A program made the translations under genes and the position numbers. Of a stretch of DNA of 64,000 bases, positions 56,433 to 64,000 are shown in pieces; position 1 is the first letter of the stretch, and the number at the start of each line of letters is the position of its first letter. The DNA lies in the NCBI GenBank assembly GCA_950097015.1, contig CATNEN010000001.1, forward strand, positions 16,492,001-16,556,000, in the 5' to 3' direction. The notes under the pieces are model-generated. The model was not told the DNA's origin. It worked only from the letters and a program-made list of their open reading frames with translations, and did no database searches. Source of the DNA: Macrostomum hystrix. Its lineage: Eukaryota; Animalia; Platyhelminthes.

Positions 56433-58524
56433 GCACCTAGAGTCTTCACCTCCCCATTCTTCTCTCGAAGTTCGAGTTGATAATCGCCAGATGATCTTGA
56501 CATTGTTAACAACAGAATTCGAGGTCGCTTACCAACGAGTAGAAAATTCACTCGCAAACAGGTTGTCATTCTAGTTGCAAGCGAAATCTTACCTAATTCC
56601 TGCCACCAAAATTTAATTTCTCAAGAGAAGAAATACCCTTTCTTGAATTAGTTTCATACACTCTCAGTACAATCTCTAAGTTGATGCGAATTTCTGTCTC
56701 TCTAAGCAGAGCTCGTGCACCCACCTCAGTTGATGGCAATTTTTGTAACCAGACAGCATCAGAAACGACACGCTGAGAGAGACTATTGGACAGGCTTGGC
56801 AAATAAAACAAAACTGAGGCTATGATAACTGTGAGCATAGGGACTGAGTATGAGAATGAAAATTACAGTGTGGGCTCACCGCAGCCCATTCTAGTCAGGA
56901 AGGTCTCAATTGCATTCTTCAGGCAGCCATCTGGCAGCGAGTTCATTTGGCACTGCAGCCAAGCAGCCTAGGAGACTCTGGTCTTGACTCGGCCGTCTCT
57001 CCTGAGGCGACTCCACCAGACTCGGAGCAAAGCGAACTCCAACTGTAAAGGCCTCAGTCAACAAGGAAGGATTTACGAAGAATGCTATATTAGGGACATT
57101 GGCGAGGGCTCTTATACCTGTGTCCAGTCCTTCCCATCCCCCTTGTGAGCCGTTGGCCAATCAGTGCTGGCTACTGGGATTTTGCTGCTCAGATCTACTC
57201 CAGTGCGCCTATGTGGTGTCTGGCAGCAGTGTATGCCTCTCGTTTCATTTTCCCAAACGATTCAACAATTTTCTTAAGCGTTTAGGCGATTATGAAATAT
57301 TCAGGAAGTCAACTAAAAGGTAATTCTATCCGAGAGTTTAAGCTTCACCTTCAATTTTCTTCATTACCGTGCTCATGTATCGTTGAACTGTGTCGGATAA
57401 ACACAAGGTGACTTTGTCTTTGACACACGTATGCCAAATAAGCTGAGTAACAAAAACTCACTGAGTCGCTACAAATTAGCCTTATTAAATGACTCAGATT
57501 GAAATCGAAAACTCGACTGAGTGGCACAGCAGCATGAGCTTTCTAAAGTGTTCTCAAACTTTGTGCTCAGGATACAGTCGATGCAGCCTTGTTGATTTGT
57601 ACTTTTGATGGACTCAAGTCTTAAATCTCAAATCTTACCCGTGAATTATCATGTACCTTTTTTGATGTTTGTTTACTTGTTTTGCAGTTGTTGATCATTT
57701 TTGTTCTTAGATTTGTATAGGTGATTTACTTGTTGAAGAAACATCACCAGATCGTCTCAGCCAGGCAGTCGATATGATTACATCTGAAAATGTGCCCGTG
57801 AGGTACAAATCAGAAAGTTTCAGATAGAATTTATTGCCTAACTCTCATTGCATCCAGATTTACATCTAAATCCTCTGGCTCTAGCTCCTCGCTACAAGCA
57901 TTGAAGTGTCATGGCAATGGCTACTTACGCAGCTTCTCAGTCGTGCGAGTGTTTTTAAGCTGGATTTAAACGAAAAAAGCATTCAGGAGATGGATAATGT
58001 CATCCGACTTTCACTCTTTGAGGGCATCATAGAGATATTCTCATACAAGAACTCGTTCGTCCCTAGATGCAAGCAGCTTCAATAAAAGACTGCAGCCTTG
58101 GCTGACACTCTTCAATCTTGATTCCGCGTTACCTCGGACTGCCCTGGATAGTACTGTGCTTCGGGGCGCAAAAATAATTGAGATTGCTCAGGCTGGGAGA
58201 TTGACAGAGATCGATACACCCAACCAGTTGAGCAATTTACTAAAAACTCGCGGACAGCCACGCTAAAACTATCGCTGAGAAGCTAGCAGAATAATTGGCC
58301 GCTCTCTTGAGCAGCTGTGCTCAACCTGTGAAAATGTAGCAGCACCAGCAATTTCAAGGGGGAATGATTTGCTTGGGTTTCTGTGTGTGTGTGGGTGTGT
58401 AGCAATGCTCAGGAAAATCCTAATTAGTGGAATTCGTCTCTTTCGTTTCAGAGCAATTCCATTCCCGATTTAATCTTCGACACTGCTTTGCGAGGCCAAT
58501 GTGGGCATGTTTTATGCAATCGAA

Positions 58525-58830
58525 GAGGTTGTAGCCTAGTAGTTAGAGTGTCTGACTCACGACTTGAAGGTCGGGGGTTCGATTCCCGACTCCACTGGAA
58601 CAATTTGTGTCCTTTAGCAAGACACTCAACTCTGCCTTGCTTCAGTTCACCCAGCTGTTAAATGGGTACCAGCATCAGCTGGGATAATTGAAGGTGGGTG
58701 TGGCGTCCCCCCAGTCCATGGACTGAACAGCGGTACGCAGCCTTCAGATGCGCCGCGCATTAGCTGCGGCTGTGCTGTCGGCTGCATATATGATCCAATT
58801 GGGGCAGGTGTAATCAATTATTATTATTAA
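58525..58830 (+). mobile_element. Full-length tRNA-derived SINE with conserved central domain and (ATT)n tail
   Basis: A-box-like gtagcctagtag, B-box GGTTCGATTCC, central tcagttcacccagctgttaaatgggtacc, attattatta tail; at least six relatives in the window. Confidence 0.9.
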
Positions 58831-59794
58831 TTATTTATGCAATCGGATATGCTAAAATACCCCCTAGCAGTTTATTGATTCCCTGAGTTGGTTTTAATCT
58901 TTCATTATCCTACCAATCAGTCGGAGTAGAATGCGGTGTTCATTAAAAATCGAAACATGATGGCTAAGAACGTAATTTCAAGCGGATCGCTTCAAATATC
59001 AGCAGCGCGATTGCGAGGCTGTCAGAAATAATTGCGATCCAAAACCTTTGTGACTGGTCAAAGCTAGCTCTGTTGCCTGCGCAAAATCACGCCCGCAGTT
59101 CTGGCACGCAGAACAAAAGCCGAGATGAGAAGCTGACGTGGTGTGCCACCGGTGATCTTGACACCGGAAGACGGAAGGCGCAGATGATGCAGATACAAAC
59201 AAGCTCATTAAAATTGAGGCGCACTGCTGATTTGCTAAAGAGGTGCATTGTATGCACTTGCAGAGCTGTCAGAATCATTGAATATCTTGACGTCCTGTAG
59301 ATTTGGCAACATCATTCATGTTTAAGAGGTTGCGCAAAGTTTTGAGCTCAACCGGAGCACGACCTCGAGCGGAAAATTTGACTGAAATTCTGCTTGCCAA
59401 CACGTGTGCGAAGGAAGGTTTTGGTACTTTTATTTCGTGCTTAAAACTTATAGGAAGCTCAGAAAGTCAAGCTTGTTTTTGCAAAGCTGGTTGTAACAAA
59501 AAATCAACAGAACTTTTGAACTTGCTTGCGACTAAGCTTAGTTTAATTACCGTTGGCACTGAAATGAAGTAGAAATTAAAGCGAAATGGAGATAAATACT
59601 AACAGCCTAAGTTTTTTAGAACCGATGAAAAAGGCTTGGTTTCAACTCAAAACCGCTTTCGGCTTAACAAGCTACTCATGCTGTCTACTGTCTTATATCC
59701 TCACTATTACTAAGTATATAATGGTGAGAAACGGGCATTAAATGTACTTTTAGTCCTTCATGAGACCAGTCCCAGTTGCTGAAACTTGTGCATT

Positions 59795-60919
59795 CTATCG
59801 CAGCGGAAAGCCATGCACGTCGACTAGATTCTGAGCGAACTGCAACTGCTGCTGCAGAGCCGCCACATCCTGACGGTTGGCTAGAGAGGCTGCCGACTTC
59901 TCAAGCAGGGCCATCCAGTACATGTGGTACTCGTTCTCCCTAGACGACCACCGACGAAGCAGGTCGGCAGAGAGCGAGTCGCTTCGAAGGCCCACCGCCG
60001 CCGCCACCTGGTTCGCGCGCCTACCGGTGGAGTACAGCTGCTTGGTGAGGTCGATGCGGCGGACTGAGTCCGTGAGCTGGCGGAGCTGCCTGAGGGCGAG
60101 CAGCTTCTGCTGGGCAAGGACTGGGTCGTCAGTCTGCTGCAGATCGCGCATCCGCTGGCTCAAGCAGTTGATGCAGTTTGCAATCACAAACTGTTTGCTG
60201 ACGTGCCACTGCTTGGCTAGAGCCTTACCGGTCAATGCCTCCTCTCTGGAGCTGGGGCGGAAGTTGTCTCCAGCTAATGAAAACTCAGTCGACTCATCCC
60301 GACATTGGGAGGAGGACCTCCAACTGGCTGTTGTGAGCAACGGCTGGCCCTGAGCAGTATAATCGACCTCAAGCAGCTGCTTGCATGGCTGCTGCTTGCG
60401 AGAGCGTCGCTGCAAATAGGCAACAACAGCTGCAGCTTTGAGGGGGGTCTGCGCCTGCGGAGACTTTGAGTTGCTGCAGTTTATCAAAAGCTGATCGATA
60501 AGTGAAGACTGCAGCGGGACAGCTCCCGAGGCCGGGGCTACTGACGGGCCGTTGGATTCAGACAAGCTGAATCTGGCACTGGGGATTGCTTTGGCGTTTG
60601 CGTTAATGTCACATTGGCTATTGTCACTGTCATGATTCAAGTCATGATTGTTCCCTTTTGGCGTTTGGTGATGTTGACGCGAATGAGACTGATGTCGGCT
60701 GCAGCTCGATTCGCTGTGATGCTGACTGCCGTGCTGGTGGTGATGGTGGTGGCTCGAGCGCCGAGCGGATGACCGCCTTGTCTGATTTTCGCCTGTAGCA
60801 CTAGAGCCTGACTGTTCTTGCGCCAAGGGTTTCTGCTGCTGCCCGTGCTGATGATGCTGACTATTCCGGTGCTGATGTGGACGAGCTGGCTGGCTTTCTG
60901 CCTGAGTCAGCATCTTCAA
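59795..60919 (-). CDS. 374-aa ORF, H/Q/S-rich N-terminus and helical C-terminal region, unknown family
   Basis: Long ORF with coding-like composition; ATG at the third codon. Confidence 0.6.
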   Translation of the reverse strand: MKMLTQAESQPARPHQHRNSQHHQHGQQQKPLAQEQSGSSATGENQTRRSSARRSSHHHHHQHGSQHHSESSCSRHQSHSRQHHQTPKGNNHDLNHDSDNSQCDINANAKAIPSARFSLSESNGPSVAPASGAVPLQSSLIDQLLINCSNSKSPQAQTPLKAAAVVAYLQRRSRKQQPCKQLLEVDYTAQGQPLLTTASWRSSSQCRDESTEFSLAGDNFRPSSREEALTGKALAKQWHVSKQFVIANCINCLSQRMRDLQQTDDPVLAQQKLLALRQLRQLTDSVRRIDLTKQLYSTGRRANQVAAAVGLRSDSLSADLLRRWSSRENEYHMYWMALLEKSAASLANRQDVAALQQQLQFAQNLVDVHGFPLR

Positions 60920-61744
60920 TCAGATGGGCTTTCGATCGGGGCCAACTCTGCAATTTCTGTGCTACATGAGAAGTGTAGCTGTGGTCATCAATCGTTGTTT
61001 CGTGTTTGTAATTGAAACGATGAGTGCAGAGCTGTCTAAGCCATAGACACTGCACTCATTTGAGCAAGCCCCATGGCTCACTGGCCACAGATACTAAAAC
61101 ATGCTAGCTATAGAAGCCCATGTTTTATAGAATCCCAAATTTGATGAAGCTTTGCATTTTTGCCAAACAAGGCTTTGCACTATTTGTAATTCTTGGTTAT
61201 TGAGAACATTGAAATCTTAGCGTCAAATGAAGCCATCGTGTTTTTAGGAGCATATAAAAATATAGACAATATCTAACCCAATTAGGCCAAACGTTTGTGA
61301 ATCTGTCCTGACTTTCTCATCGTCAGGCAGTGTACACTCTCACTGTGCTATCCCTCGTGGGATAAAATGCGCGAAAAATTAATGAAGCCTCGCTGTGGAA
61401 TCGAGCTCAGGCCAGCAAGTGTGGAAAATTAACAACGTGGCCACGACTGCACGCCAATCAGCCGCCAGTTAACAGGTGGGAAAACAGGTGCACAAAAAAA
61501 TTGCATTTACGATTCCGGACAGATATTGCTCCTCATTAGCCCCTCATAGTGTAACGATTTAGGCGAATGTATCAATATGCGTGCAGACAGACATTGATTT
61601 TATTAGTCAGAATCATGCGGCAGAGTCAGTTGTAAACAAAAAGCAGTGCCAGGTGTTCTCACACTCTCTGGAGATGCTAACGATCCTTTCGAAAATATCA
61701 GAGCAACTCAAGTAGTCGACAAAATCTAACAACCCTGGGTAGCA

Positions 61745-62482
61745 AATATATCTGTTGGATAATCTCACCCCAGCTTGGTAAATATCTCAGTTGGATAATC
61801 TCACCCCAGCATGGGAAATATCTCAGTTGGATAATCTCACCCCAGCATGGTGAATATCTCAGTTGGATAATCTCACCTCAGCATGGGAAATATCTCAGTT
61901 GGATAATCTCACCCCAGCATGGGAAATATCTCAGTTGGATAATCTCACCCCAGCATGGGAAATATCCTAGTTGGATAATCTCACCCCAGCATGGGAAATA
62001 TCTCAGTTGGATAATCTCACCCCAGCATGGGAAAAATCTCAGTTGGATAATCTCACTTCAGCATGGTGAATATCTCAGTTGGATAATCTCACTTTAGCAT
62101 GGGAAATATCTCAGTTGGATAATCTCACCCCAGCATGGGAAATATCTCAGTTGGATAATCTCACCCCAGCATGGGAAATATCTCAGTTGGATAATCTCAC
62201 TTCAGCATGGTGAATATCTCAGTTGGATAATCTCACTTCAGCATGGTGAATATCTCAGTTGGATAATCTCACCTCAGCATGGTGAATATCTCAGTTGGAT
62301 AATCTCACCTCAGCATGGGAAATATCTCAGTTGAATAATCTCTCCCCAGCATGGAATATATCTCAGTTGGATAATCTCACCCCAGCATGGAATATATCTC
62401 AGTTGGATAATCTCACCCCAGCTTGGAATATATCTCAGTTGGATAATCTCACCCCAGCATGGAATATATCTCAGTTGGATTA
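61745..62482. repeat. 36-bp minisatellite (GTTGGATAATCTCACCCCAGCATGGGAAATATCTCA, ~20 copies)
   Basis: Direct inspection. Confidence 0.97.
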
Positions 62483-63396
62483 TCTAACCGATTTTAGTGC
62501 CAGAAATAGAGAATAAGGTAAAGTCCCGAGATATATATCTCAAAAATTTGTCTCAGACGAGTTACATACAGCTGGCAGTGAAACATCTCTAGGTCATTAG
62601 AAAATCCACACTTATAATTAATTTCTAGACAAACTTTTGATACGTTTCACAAGTATCAGCATGAGAAGAATGATCAGCAATATTTTACAATATTCTTGGG
62701 ATGCAAAGCACAATTTAAAGATAACACAGTGCTAAATTTAAAACCTAATAAGTGACATATTTGGCAAAAATTAACAACAACAACTAATGAAAAGGTAAAT
62801 TCGCGCTCGTCATACTACTTAAAGTAAAGTGAATATATACCAGTGAAGGAAATCTATAATATTGGTAAAGCTAATGTCATAGATAACTGTTCAATCGATA
62901 GCTTAATAATAGTACAAGTGTAAGCTAGCGTCGTAACAAAGGTATAAAAAAACTGCGTTAATATGTTTAATCAGCTAATAAAATAAACTTTAAAGGGCAC
63001 ATTTCGCACACTTTACTCGTATATGTAGTGTACAGCTGAAACATCACTTTAAGAAGAAAAAAGTAAGCTAATTGTGTAAGCCTCACGTACAAAGTTTATA
63101 AATTCTTTCAATAAAGTTGTTTATTAACAGAAAAATTTTTTTTCCTTAGTCACTGCTATTCGAAGGATGACGACGATAGGCAAGCTTCACGGGAATGTAG
63201 ATTGAGCACAAAATGTGTCTGAAGATAGATAGCTATTGTGGTGTCCTTCTAAAGACTGAGTACAAGACTTGTCCAGTCCGTGGACTGGTATTGGGCAGGA
63301 CGCCACATCCGCCCGAATTTCTAACCCAACTAATGCTAGTTACTGAAGCAATTGGGAATTAAGTATTTATTAGGATTCGAACTCCCGACCTCTCTC

Positions 63397-63879
63397 TCAA
63401 TTCGGATTGGCTTCGAACTCGCACAGAACCCGCAGGCCGTCGAGACAGCCGCAGGCAGTCAGGGCCTCGCCGAGTTGCCTGACAGTCAGCCGGTGCTTGT
63501 GAATGAAATTTAGCAGACCCTGCATCAGTACGTCTGCTGGATGCGAGTTCGATCGTAGCAGCTGGGCCAGTTCCACCTGGGAGATGCCCAGATTCATCAG
63601 GATGGGAGTGCTCTTGACGACCGCATCGGGAATGCGGCACAGACGGTTCGCCAGCTCTGAGGTGGCAGCAATTTCTGCGTATTTCCAGGTGAGGAGTTGA
63701 ACAGCATCAGGTGGCATCGGATTGACTCTTTGCGTGACTCGAACTGTGGACTGCAAGCTGGACTCGCCACTCGATGAGGAACCCGGAGCTTTGAAGACAG
63801 TCACATTACCAACTGTGGCAATGTTCACCATGAAAACTGGCTTGGGCTGTGGAGGATGGGACAAAACAGTTGACAGCAT
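63397..63879 (-). CDS. Death-domain-like small protein or terminal exon
   Basis: Helical pattern LGISQVELAQL...VLMQGLLNF...TVRQLGEALTACGCLD resembles death-domain helices 3-6. Confidence 0.6.
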   Translation of the reverse strand: MLSTVLSHPPQPKPVFMVNIATVGNVTVFKAPGSSSSGESSLQSTVRVTQRVNPMPPDAVQLLTWKYAEIAATSELANRLCRIPDAVVKSTPILMNLGISQVELAQLLRSNSHPADVLMQGLLNFIHKHRLTVRQLGEALTACGCLDGLRVLCEFEANPN

Positions 63880-64000
63880 GCTAAGTATTCATGCTTACTT
63901 CTCATTTAACTTTTTGTGCTAGCTAGCCCTGAGCCTTTGAAAAGCTATCAATTCTGGCTCTGGTTCTTTTGAAGGAAGAACCCGCAGGCCGTCGGGTTAG

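Noticed and set aside
55411-56574. 387-aa ORF
   Set aside because: Translation of the 19-bp satellite
58528-58600. tRNA gene
   Set aside because: tRNA-like head continues into SINE body and tail with multiple diverged copies
61745-62482. 36-bp repeat as a CRISPR array
   Set aside because: Units are contiguous with no unique spacers; eukaryotic context, no cas genes

Overview
Eukaryotic (spliceosomal-intron, invertebrate; composition and repeat content would fit a flatworm, but this is not provable here) genomic window. The first ~28 kb is a stack of nested mobile elements. A non-autonomous Gypsy-like LTR element (long LTR ending at 6813, tRNA-Leu PBS, gag-like and protease ORFs, no RT/IN) is interrupted by a complete 12.2-kb CACTA/EnSpm (CMC) DNA transposon (8145-20328; CCCGGGGAACTTTATTTCC TIRs, TT target duplication). 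That transposon carries a spliced transposase, a spliced BEN-domain gene and an intronless ORF with a CtIP/Sae2-like C-terminal domain, and is itself hit by two solo LTRs. The transposon-borne CtIP/Sae2-like gene is the most notable feature. Also present: two twister-ribozyme-like motifs, a decayed tyrosine recombinase, two frameshifted DEG/ENaC channel copies, a young full-length Gypsy element (34803-39375) inside a tRNA-SINE, a multi-exon CaMKK gene on the minus strand, a death-domain-like ORF, two orphan ORFs and several satellites. All assignments come from motif recognition by eye; no database search was run.
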